Origin: a bacterium
Lineage (GTDB): Bacteria > Patescibacteriota > Saccharimonadia > Saccharimonadales > SZUA-47
Assembly: GCA_030427125.1 (NCBI GenBank)
Contig: JAUHXF010000001.1
Coordinates: forward strand, 19,091-83,090
Direction: 5' to 3'
DNA length: 64,000 nt
This document shows positions 8,982-16,022 of this stretch, in pieces (positions within the stretch are counted from its first letter, which is position 1; each line of letters begins with the position of its first letter). A program made the position numbers and the translations under genes. The notes below the pieces were generated by a model that was given only the letters and a program-made list of their open reading frames with translations, searched no databases and was not told where the DNA came from.

Positions 8982-9038
8982 GAGCCATGAAAAGAACCGT
9001 AGCCTAATGGCTGCGGTTTTTTCATACCCCAGAGTCTG
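8982..9038 (+). repeat. Direct repeat copy 2 (tRNA 3'-end/terminator duplicate)
   Basis: Same sequence as 8033-8090. The bases immediately upstream (TCCACTACAGA) weakly resemble the tRNA T-arm/acceptor. Confidence 0.85.
8995..9022 (+). terminator. Intrinsic terminator after the pilin gene (duplicate of the tRNA terminator)
   Basis: Same 10-bp stem and TAAT loop, with a T6 tract. Confidence 0.75.
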
Positions 9039-9160
9039 ACTATGCTTACATGAAATATAATTGTGTATTGTCTGACTACAGTACGTGCTTGGTACAAATA
9101 GACACCTACTCCTGTATATTTGATTTGACGCTGTTAATCGAGCAACGAAGTAAGTAGACT

Positions 9161-9433
9161 ATGATTATGATTACCGAAAAAACTGCATTCCACGACATCA
9201 CAGATGAGCTAAAAGCAGCATTACAAAAAGAAAACCTCACTGAATATTGGAACAGTCTAACTGACATACAGCGTAACGAATGGGTTTGCTGGACAACAAT
9301 GGCGAAACAACAAGCCACTCGCGATAAGAGACTTAAGCGAGCGATTGAAGAAATGCTTGATGGTGATAAAACTCCGTGCTGTTGGCCTGGTTGTCCGCAT
9401 CGACGACCGAACGCAGCTAAATGGTTCAAATAA
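9161..9433 (+). CDS. YdeI/OmpD-associated family protein
   Basis: 90 aa. The NEWVCWTTMAKQQATRDKRLKRAIEEML...CCWPGCPHR pattern is typical of the YdeI/OmdA domain. An alternative ATG at 9167 lies 6 nt after a TAGACT box. Confidence 0.6.
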   Translation: MIMITEKTAFHDITDELKAALQKENLTEYWNSLTDIQRNEWVCWTTMAKQQATRDKRLKRAIEEMLDGDKTPCCWPGCPHRRPNAAKWFK

Positions 9434-9548
9434 GACACCTAATCCGTAAAGTCCACTTGAGCATATCCTTCAATAAAGATCAGAATAGTACCAATCTTTC
9501 TGCTTGTAGATATCAATAGGTCCTCACGGCTATATCCGAGTTCTTTGT

Positions 9549-9557
9549 TGCTATACT
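9549..9557 (+). promoter_or_regulatory. Extended -10 promoter (TGcTATACT) 6 nt upstream of ATG 9564; leaderless mRNA predicted
   Basis: TGCTATACT-TTAACC-ATG, with no Shine-Dalgarno sequence. Confidence 0.5.
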
Positions 9558-9563
9558 TTAACC

Positions 9564-9839
9564 ATGAAAACGGAAGGAAAATATACTAACGGACAGATCG
9601 TAAAGGAACAAAAAGGTGATATTCTTACGTTTTACCATAAAGATGGGAAGATAAAAGCTCGCGGCAAGTACATTAATGACTCATTTGAGGGCAAGTGGGA
9701 GTTTTTCAAAAAAGAAGGTTATCTATGGAACGTTGGTCATTTTAAAAACAATCAAAAACATGGGAAATGGATACGCTACCGCTCTGACGATAGTATCGAA
9801 AAAGAGCAAGTGTTCAGTGAAGGTATCGAAGTAAAGTAG
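9564..9839 (+). CDS. MORN-variant repeat protein (YwqK-like)
   Basis: Repeats of the type GKYINDSFEGKWEFFKKEG and GHFKNNQKHGKWIRY. Confidence 0.6.
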   Translation: MKTEGKYTNGQIVKEQKGDILTFYHKDGKIKARGKYINDSFEGKWEFFKKEGYLWNVGHFKNNQKHGKWIRYRSDDSIEKEQVFSEGIEVK

Positions 9840-9944
9840 CTGTTAGTAACTAGGTTTCTTGTATGACGGATATTCTGTGATGATAATCACACTATTATTT
9901 GCCTAGTTGAACGATAATACATTTGAATAATAAGGAGAAGCGAA

Positions 9945-10355
9945 ATGGCAAAGAGTAGTTCAAGTGATATTAGTGGCTGGATAGGATGGGTATATTTTGG
10001 TGGGCTGATGATGGTCTTCCTAGGGATAATGCATGCTATAGCTGGCCTGGTAGCACTATTCAAAGACGAGGTATACGTAATTGGTGAAAAAAATATCTGG
10101 GTTCTTGATTATACTTCTTGGGGCTGGATACACCTCTTAGCCGGTCTACTAGTATTGTGTGCAGGGTTCGCAGTCATGTCTGGAAAGATGTGGGGAAGAG
10201 TTTTGGGAATTATTTTGGGAATTATTGCTGCTGTTGCAAACTTTGCGTTTATACCAATCTATCCACTATGGTCCATTGTTATGTTGGTTGTAGCAATCCT
10301 CGTCGTTTATGCACTAGTAGCTCATGGTGATGAGGCAAAGAAAATACTAGAGTAG
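9945..10355 (+). CDS. Four-TM membrane protein (DUF7144-like)
   Basis: 136 aa with four hydrophobic helices. Upstream Shine-Dalgarno sequence is AAGGAGAAG. Confidence 0.55.
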   Translation: MAKSSSSDISGWIGWVYFGGLMMVFLGIMHAIAGLVALFKDEVYVIGEKNIWVLDYTSWGWIHLLAGLLVLCAGFAVMSGKMWGRVLGIILGIIAAVANFAFIPIYPLWSIVMLVVAILVVYALVAHGDEAKKILE

Positions 10356-10402
10356 AGATTAAAAAGTATCCATATCAATAAAGGAATACGGAGATTATTT
10401 CT

Positions 10403-10696
10403 ATGGACGAATCGAACACAAGTGATTCTGGTTCTCACAACGTGTTGACAGTTATTCTAATTTTAATGCTACTTGGACTGGGAGTTGCCTTCCTCTTATA
10501 CTGGCAAGATGTTAATAGAACGCAAGATGCACAACAAGCCGAAATAGAGCGTTTAAATCAACAAGTCGAAGAAACTCAGAACAACGTTTCTGATTCTATT
10601 GATGAAATAAATATGAATTCGCAGGAGCGGCAACAAGATAGACAAGACAAGGTAGATGATTTATCTGATTCTGATGATGTAGAGTCTGAAGAATAG
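10403..10696 (+). CDS. Hypothetical single-TM acidic coiled-coil protein
   Basis: 97 aa with one N-terminal TM helix and a Q/E/D-rich tail. CGGAG lies upstream. Confidence 0.45.
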   Translation: MDESNTSDSGSHNVLTVILILMLLGLGVAFLLYWQDVNRTQDAQQAEIERLNQQVEETQNNVSDSIDEINMNSQERQQDRQDKVDDLSDSDDVESEE

Positions 10697-10721
10697 CTAA
10701 GCTCTACAGTTTTTCATTATG

Positions 10722-10730
10722 TGAGATACT
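10722..10730 (+). promoter_or_regulatory. Extended -10 promoter (TGaGATACT) 6 nt upstream of ATG 10737; leaderless mRNA predicted
   Basis: ATGTGAGATACTGGT-CTA-ATG. The 15-mer is identical to 15004-15018. Confidence 0.45.
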
Positions 10731-10736
10731 GGTCTA

Positions 10737-11420
10737 ATGAAAAACGTGCTTTTGAAAAATTCAATTATCGCAACACCCCTTTATTTACTCTCTATAGTAC
10801 CGTTTGTTTTTATAGCATCGTGGTTAGAGATAGATATTAGTATGGGGCATGTGTTGCTTGGTGCTCTTGGCTGGTGGGTAGCATTACTGCTTAGGTTGCC
10901 ATTTATTCTTTTCATTCAAAAGCGGATAAACGACCAAGAGGTTGCTAGTAAGTATGTAGTAGGCATTTCAGGACCAGCCGAAGAATTTGTTCGTATGCTG
11001 GTACTCTTGGTGATTGGTCTGACTGTAGACAACGGGTATTCTATTGGACTAGGATGGGCAGCTATAGAGGTGTTGTACGGGCTTGTTCAGCTGTTTGGTA
11101 TTGCGAGTTTAAATCAAAAAACTGATAAGAAATCTCTTGAAGCCAAAGAAATGCTTGCAAAAATGGGCATGGACAAATCGTTTGAAAGTTCTACACCGTT
11201 TTGGGGTGCGCTCGAACGTGTTTCAGCTACAGCAGTGCATATAAGTTTCGGTTTAGTATTAGTACCTAATCCATTATTTATTTTATGTACTATTCCGCTG
11301 CATAGCCTTCTTAATTTCATGGTTCTGAAGCTGAATAAGAATAGCGTCATGTTGTCTCAATTGGCATTTCTTCTTGTGTCATTGCCAGTATTCTTGATGT
11401 TAGTCATTTTCGGACGTTAA
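10737..11420 (+). CDS. CPBP/YhfC-type intramembrane glutamic protease family protein
   Basis: Polytopic protein with motifs GPAEEFVR (EExxR), AVHISFG and HSLLN (HxxxN). Confidence 0.5.
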   Translation: MKNVLLKNSIIATPLYLLSIVPFVFIASWLEIDISMGHVLLGALGWWVALLLRLPFILFIQKRINDQEVASKYVVGISGPAEEFVRMLVLLVIGLTVDNGYSIGLGWAAIEVLYGLVQLFGIASLNQKTDKKSLEAKEMLAKMGMDKSFESSTPFWGALERVSATAVHISFGLVLVPNPLFILCTIPLHSLLNFMVLKLNKNSVMLSQLAFLLVSLPVFLMLVIFGR

Positions 11421-11468
11421 AAACCAATCAGTGAATGACAGTAAGGTGCTCTTTCGGGTCTATTGCGC

Positions 11469-11852
11469 CTAAGAAGTTGATGCTAATAGGTATAGCGTAC
11501 AGATTAGTGCAGCTAGTGTATATACTGCCCACCATCGTTCAGGTTTGCTTGGTGAAATTGCATTCGCAACCGTGCCAAGTCCGAAGAATACGGCCATGAC
11601 CCAGAGAACGGAGTCAACAAAGCCATCAGAATATGTACTGTTACTTGCTGCGAATGCCATGATGACAACGTTCATGAAAAATGCATAACCGATAACAGCG
11701 AAAGCGCTGATAATGCGGTATTTCTTTGGTAAAGTACCCTTGTTCCTGCCGCCATACGCAATATGGCCTAGCGGAGCGCCTAAAGCCAACTTTGCCTGAA
11801 ACGCAACTTGGACTGCAAGCAATCCAAGCAATATCCACCCTATAGTTTCCAT
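11469..11852 (-). CDS. Hypothetical four-TM membrane protein
   Basis: 127 aa and hydrophobic throughout. It is tightly coupled, starting 4 nt downstream of the stop of 11857-12495. Confidence 0.5.
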   Translation of the reverse strand: METIGWILLGLLAVQVAFQAKLALGAPLGHIAYGGRNKGTLPKKYRIISAFAVIGYAFFMNVVIMAFAASNSTYSDGFVDSVLWVMAVFFGLGTVANAISPSKPERWWAVYTLAALICTLYLLASTS

Positions 11853-11856
11853 TGAA

Positions 11857-12495
11857 TTAATCGTTTACTTTCTTGAACAGTATGTAGCCAATCATCCAGA
11901 ATTCACCGACGGTTGCAGGCATTGGTAGCACTTCAGTGAGAGTGCTCTGTTCTGGCAGTATTACTGATGTAAACGTCGAAATCACGTAGCCGACACCACC
12001 AGCTACCAAGAACCAGACCATAACTCGTGGCATGTTATATTTTCGTGCCATGTAAGCCATTGGCAGTAGCCATAAACCAAAGAAGAGGGCACCAACTTGC
12101 CACAGTGCATCGTGAGTTTCGAATAGCGTTTGTACTGATGAGTCCATGCCGCCAGCGAGAGCTGTATTGAGTGCTACTAGCCAGAAAGCAGAAGCTGCAA
12201 GAATAATAATTGAATTCACCATACCAAACACTGTAATCAAACCAGCCGCAAAGCTGTCTTTCTTTCTGAATAGCTTAAAAAACCATGCTGCAGCGAGGGC
12301 CTGAAAACCAGCTATTAATATCGTGCCGGCGATGCCCAAACGAGCTAACGTCTCGTTTTCTGATAAGTTCGTCATCGTTTCTAGCGCATTGCCCTCGACG
12401 AAGAGTTGATCTTTTGCAAACAAGAATGCAAAAACACCCGTTACTGCTAGGCCTAGATAAAATAGTCCTGTTACTTTTGCTGTTGTTAATTTCAT
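11857..12495 (-). CDS. DUF4386 family membrane protein
   Basis: 212 aa with the N-terminal pattern AKVTGLFYLGLAVTGVFAFLF. It is a paralogue of 12716-13336. GGGAGAG lies upstream as a Shine-Dalgarno sequence. Confidence 0.55.
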   Translation of the reverse strand: MKLTTAKVTGLFYLGLAVTGVFAFLFAKDQLFVEGNALETMTNLSENETLARLGIAGTILIAGFQALAAAWFFKLFRKKDSFAAGLITVFGMVNSIIILAASAFWLVALNTALAGGMDSSVQTLFETHDALWQVGALFFGLWLLPMAYMARKYNMPRVMVWFLVAGGVGYVISTFTSVILPEQSTLTEVLPMPATVGEFWMIGYILFKKVND

Positions 12496-12525
12496 CGTAT
12501 CTCTCCCTGTTGCCTATACTGGCGA

Positions 12526-12690
12526 TTATTTTTTACTGTGAGTCGACTCTAGTGCGACTCCGATTGCGATACCAATAACAAACAAGCCGTTATTGTTTGT
12601 AGCTACTGCTAGCATAACACCAATTGCTATTCCTGCTGCAAGCCCTAAGCCTCTTTGTCTCGTTTTGTCTTTTTTATCTACTGATTTCAT
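12526..12690 (-). CDS. Small glycine-zipper membrane protein (54 aa), absent from the ORF track
   Basis: AAGGAG lies 8 nt upstream of the ATG. Translation: MKSVDKKDKTRQRGLGLAAGIAIGVMLAVATNNNGLFVIGIAIGVALESTHSKK. Confidence 0.5.
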   Translation of the reverse strand: MKSVDKKDKTRQRGLGLAAGIAIGVMLAVATNNNGLFVIGIAIGVALESTHSKK

Positions 12691-12715
12691 TTGGCTGTAC
12701 TCCTTAGTTTTATTG

Positions 12716-13336
12716 TTACATAGTTTTAGAACTTTTCAGCAACAACCAAACTGATAGTGCCATTTCACCGAGAATGCTTGGAATAGCTACGAGCGCGAGA
12801 AAGGTATCAGCGTAAGTATCATAGTTAGAAAAGGTAAATTGCAGCGTTGTGTCTAGCATATACATTATTCCAGCAATAAAGAGAGAGATACTAATCCATT
12901 TTGGTACAACAGACCTAAGTATTTTACTCAACAAAATGAGGTGCACGCCAAAGAAGAAAAGTCCGATGAGCCACATGGTATCGAATACTTCAACTTGAGC
13001 GAGAATTGCATCCGCATCTGTAAGGCCACGTGTATTTACCAGGGCATATACTGCAATTCCCATGATTGCAGCGTGTAGTAGGCGGAAATAAGTGCTTGGT
13101 GTAGTGAGTGGGTGTTTTTCATATAGTGCTTTGAGCACCCAAGCGACAATAGTATCCAAAACAGCAGCAGCGAGGAAGGCAATTGCACCAAAACTAACCA
13201 GCGTCATACTGTCGGATACCATACCGACCGGATCTTCTTTGACTCCTTCGAGTACGAAAAAGTTTGCGAACATAGCCAGGAAGAATATTCCTACATAACT
13301 TAGTCCTGCTTTTCTGTATAAGTATTTTTTTGTCAT
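12716..13336 (-). CDS. DUF4386 family membrane protein
   Basis: 206 aa with AAGGAG upstream. It has the same architecture as 11857-12495. Confidence 0.55.
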   Translation of the reverse strand: MTKKYLYRKAGLSYVGIFFLAMFANFFVLEGVKEDPVGMVSDSMTLVSFGAIAFLAAAVLDTIVAWVLKALYEKHPLTTPSTYFRLLHAAIMGIAVYALVNTRGLTDADAILAQVEVFDTMWLIGLFFFGVHLILLSKILRSVVPKWISISLFIAGIMYMLDTTLQFTFSNYDTYADTFLALVAIPSILGEMALSVWLLLKSSKTM

Positions 13337-13408
13337 AAATGCTCCTTTTAGACTTGCAAAATGATTTTATTACGATAAACTTACAGTGTAAGGTTAACAC
13401 GAAATATT

Positions 13409-14074
13409 ATGAAGTCAAAACAATCTACCAGCCAAAAGTTATCTCGTCAGAAAATTATTGATGAAGCGATACGAATTGCAGATAAAGACGGCTTATCAAA
13501 ACTCTCAATGCGTAAACTAGCTGAACGGCTAGATGTTGAGGCTATGTCTCTGTACCATCACATTGAAAATAAAAGTGATTTAATCTCGTCGATGGTTGAT
13601 GCGGTTGTGCCAACCATTCCGGCTTTACACGACTGTAAGGACTGGAAGGAAGCTATGCGACAACGCGCAGATATCATGCGTGCCACGTTGATTACACATC
13701 CGTGGGCTGCACAAGAATTTGTTGCGGGGTTTAACATCGGACCGAATATGTTTAGATACGTCGACACAACAATCGGTTACTTGCTGCACGCAGGGTTTTC
13801 CTACAAAATGACAGACTACGCTTGGAACACACTTGATAGCTATATATATGGCTACAATATGCAGAGCCAGAATTTTCCGCTTCAACCACATGAATATCAA
13901 TCAGTAGCAAAGGAATATCTACCAATGATTCCAAAAGAAACGTATCCGAATATGCACGGCATGACTCAGTCAATTATCAAAGGTACGCATGATGGGATAC
14001 AGGATTTTCAATTTGGGCTTGAACTTATACTAGAGTCACTCGATCGACTATTAACAAACAAGAAGGAGAAATAA
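13409..14074 (+). CDS. TetR/AcrR family transcriptional regulator
   Basis: N-terminal HTH (LSRQKIIDEAIRIADKDGLSKLSMRKLAERLDVEAMSLYHHI). It is divergent from the DUF4386 genes. Confidence 0.85.
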   Translation: MKSKQSTSQKLSRQKIIDEAIRIADKDGLSKLSMRKLAERLDVEAMSLYHHIENKSDLISSMVDAVVPTIPALHDCKDWKEAMRQRADIMRATLITHPWAAQEFVAGFNIGPNMFRYVDTTIGYLLHAGFSYKMTDYAWNTLDSYIYGYNMQSQNFPLQPHEYQSVAKEYLPMIPKETYPNMHGMTQSIIKGTHDGIQDFQFGLELILESLDRLLTNKKEK

Positions 14075-14075
14075 T

Positions 14076-15002
14076 ATGAAGGCAGTAGTAGCAGAGGGAT
14101 ACGGTGCGCCAGAAGTTCTGAGCGTAGTAGACGTGCCAAAGCCAAAAGTAAAAGATAATGAGATATTAATACAGGTTAAAGCTGCATCGCTAAATTCTGG
14201 CGATGTTCGTATGCGAGCTCTTGATGGCGGTGACGGCATAAAAGGCTTTATGAGCGGTATTATTATTCGTCTACTTGTTGGATTAAGAAAGCCAAAGCGC
14301 ATCCAAGGCAGTGTACTGGCTGGTGTAGTTGCAGAAGTTGGTGATGCAGTTAGTCGATTTAATGTTGGTGATGAAGTGTATGCAATGGCTGGATTTAGTT
14401 TTGGCGCTTTTGCAGAATACTGTGTGTTACCTGATAAACGCGCAATTGCACTTAAACCAAAGAAAGCAAGCTTCGAAGAAGCTAGTTCCATTCCATTTGG
14501 CGGCAATACGGCTTTGTATTTTTTGCGCAAAGCAGGTGTTGGAAAAGGCAAAAGTGTATTGGTGTATGGTTCTACCGGTGCAGTCGGTACCTCTGCGGTC
14601 CAGGTAGCAAAGTACCTCGGCGCAGAAGTAACTGCGGTTAGTGGTCCAGATGGTTTAAAGCTTTCCAAAGAGCTTGGTGCATCAAAGGTATACAACTATA
14701 GAGAAACGGCTATTGAAGACATCGAAGGATCATTTGATGTGGTGTTTGATGCAGTGGGAAAGATATCAAAATCGCGCGCTGCACATTTACTCGCATCAAA
14801 TGGAAAGTACAGTACGGTTGATAGTCTGGACGTCGCGAAAGAGTCTTCGTCTGACTTAGAGGAGCTCGCAAACATGTTCGATAATGATCAGCTCACTGCG
14901 ACAATTGATAAGACGTTTTCACTCGATGAAATTGTTGAAGCAAATCGTTATGTTGACTCAGGACGGAAAAAGGGAAGCGTCGTCATACACGTTCGTGACT
15001 AG
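14076..15002 (+). CDS. NADPH:quinone reductase-like medium-chain dehydrogenase/reductase
   Basis: GroES-like N-terminus and a Rossmann motif VLVYGSTGAVGTSAVQVAK. AAGGAG lies upstream. Confidence 0.8.
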   Translation: MKAVVAEGYGAPEVLSVVDVPKPKVKDNEILIQVKAASLNSGDVRMRALDGGDGIKGFMSGIIIRLLVGLRKPKRIQGSVLAGVVAEVGDAVSRFNVGDEVYAMAGFSFGAFAEYCVLPDKRAIALKPKKASFEEASSIPFGGNTALYFLRKAGVGKGKSVLVYGSTGAVGTSAVQVAKYLGAEVTAVSGPDGLKLSKELGASKVYNYRETAIEDIEGSFDVVFDAVGKISKSRAAHLLASNGKYSTVDSLDVAKESSSDLEELANMFDNDQLTATIDKTFSLDEIVEANRYVDSGRKKGSVVIHVRD

Positions 15003-15006
15003 CATG

Positions 15007-15015
15007 TGAGATACT
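15007..15015 (+). promoter_or_regulatory. Extended -10 promoter (TGaGATACT) 6 nt upstream of ATG 15022; leaderless mRNA predicted
   Basis: ATGTGAGATACTGGT-GGA-ATG. The 15-mer is identical to 10719-10733. Confidence 0.45.
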
Positions 15016-15021
15016 GGTGGA

Positions 15022-15243
15022 ATGAAGAAAAATAAAAACACAATCAAAGCTTATTCGCACTCGGTCTCGATAATGAAGACATTCAGTTGGCGAATTATCG
15101 CAACACTAACAACATTTATGTTGGCATGGTTGTTTACAGGAGAGATTGATACAGCACTGAAAATAGGCGGTGTTGAGTTCTTTGCAAAGATGGTTTTCTA
15201 CTACCTGCATGAACGTGGTTGGGCTTGGATATTACAAAGATGA
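15022..15243 (+). CDS. DUF2061 membrane protein
   Basis: KTFSWRIIATLTTF...GGVEFFAKMVFYYLHERGW matches the DUF2061 pattern. Confidence 0.65.
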   Translation: MKKNKNTIKAYSHSVSIMKTFSWRIIATLTTFMLAWLFTGEIDTALKIGGVEFFAKMVFYYLHERGWAWILQR

Positions 15244-15283
15244 AGTATGTCATAATAAAACCAGAATGTAATAGGAGATTCAT

Positions 15284-15448
15284 ATGAAAAAAGATAGTCC
15301 AAGCGCCGCACTCGTACCTGCAGGTTTATTAATCGGTATGGGGGTAGGATTTCTTACTGGCTATTTTCTGGCTGGGACGCTTATTGGTCTTGGAGTTGGT
15401 TTGCTGGCAATGACCATTATTGAAATGATTAGACAAAATAAGAAATAA
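15284..15448 (+). CDS. Small glycine-zipper membrane protein (54 aa), absent from the ORF track
   Basis: TAGGAG lies 7 nt upstream of the ATG. Translation: MKKDSPSAALVPAGLLIGMGVGFLTGYFLAGTLIGLGVGLLAMTIIEMIRQNKK. Confidence 0.5.
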   Translation: MKKDSPSAALVPAGLLIGMGVGFLTGYFLAGTLIGLGVGLLAMTIIEMIRQNKK

Positions 15449-15517
15449 GCACCATATTGATAAGTTAGATCCGAACGTTGTTCACGAGCAAAAAAATGTT
15501 TTGCTTGTAGGCTCTGT

Positions 15518-15973
15518 CTAATAATCTTTCAATTTTTCTTTGACTTGACCCATTGGCTTTGTAAAGTCGGTCATTTTTGCCTGAATTGGATGGAATTGAA
15601 AGACACTAAACGCACCCTTATGAAGTTTGACTATAGGTGCATAGTCGCTATGTTTATCATATGAGACTTTAAAAACATGCTGCATTACTTCATCGCGTTT
15701 CTTCATGTCTTCTAGTCTGCGAGCTGTTCCCGTTATGTTGACCGCAAGCGGTTTCTCGTTGTCACTAATCGTTAAAGCCGCTCTATCATTCTCAAGAAGA
15801 TTTTTTGCCTTTGTCGTTTGTTCTTTCGTCACAAAGTAGATTTCGCTTTTATCGGCAAGCGCGTAGTAAATGGTTGAGGTATGCGGTTGGCCGTCTTTAT
15901 CTACCGTTGCGAGCACCGCTCGAGTGTGCTGTTTAATGAAATCATTAACTTCGTGATCGAATAGCGAAAGCAT
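15518..15973 (-). CDS. Pyridoxamine 5'-phosphate oxidase family protein (general stress protein 26-like)
   Basis: 151 aa. The RAVLATVDKDGQPHTSTIYY pattern is typical of the PNPOx-like split-barrel fold. Confidence 0.65.
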   Translation of the reverse strand: MLSLFDHEVNDFIKQHTRAVLATVDKDGQPHTSTIYYALADKSEIYFVTKEQTTKAKNLLENDRAALTISDNEKPLAVNITGTARRLEDMKKRDEVMQHVFKVSYDKHSDYAPIVKLHKGAFSVFQFHPIQAKMTDFTKPMGQVKEKLKDY

Positions 15974-15979
15974 AGCTCC

Positions 15980-15988
15980 ACTATAGCA
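15980..15988 (-). promoter_or_regulatory. Extended -10 promoter (TGcTATAGT) 6 nt upstream of ATG 15973; leaderless mRNA predicted
   Basis: The minus strand reads TGCTATAGT-GGAGCT-ATG. Confidence 0.45.
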
Positions 15989-16022
15989 TTAATATTCGAG
16001 AAGCAATTACTTTGATTGAGAC

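Noticed and set aside
8033-9450. Calling the tRNA-Asn-adjacent segment a mobile element or genomic island
   Set aside because: There is no integrase, transposase or excisionase, and no inverted terminal repeats. Only the direct repeats are visible, so I report it as an att-like scar or cassette rather than annotate a mobile_element.
10719-10724. ATG-TGA start-stop mini-ORF inside the conserved 15-mer (also at 15004-15009)
   Set aside because: A minimal uORF is tempting, but the same bases are better explained as the TGn part of an extended -10 box placed 6 nt from the real ATG. No Shine-Dalgarno sequence precedes the mini-ORF.
14051-14695. 214-aa minus-strand ORF antisense to the quinone-reductase gene
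   Set aside because: The plus-strand product has clear MDR/Rossmann motifs. The antisense translation is low-complexity (P/S/A/T-rich). It is a typical shadow ORF.
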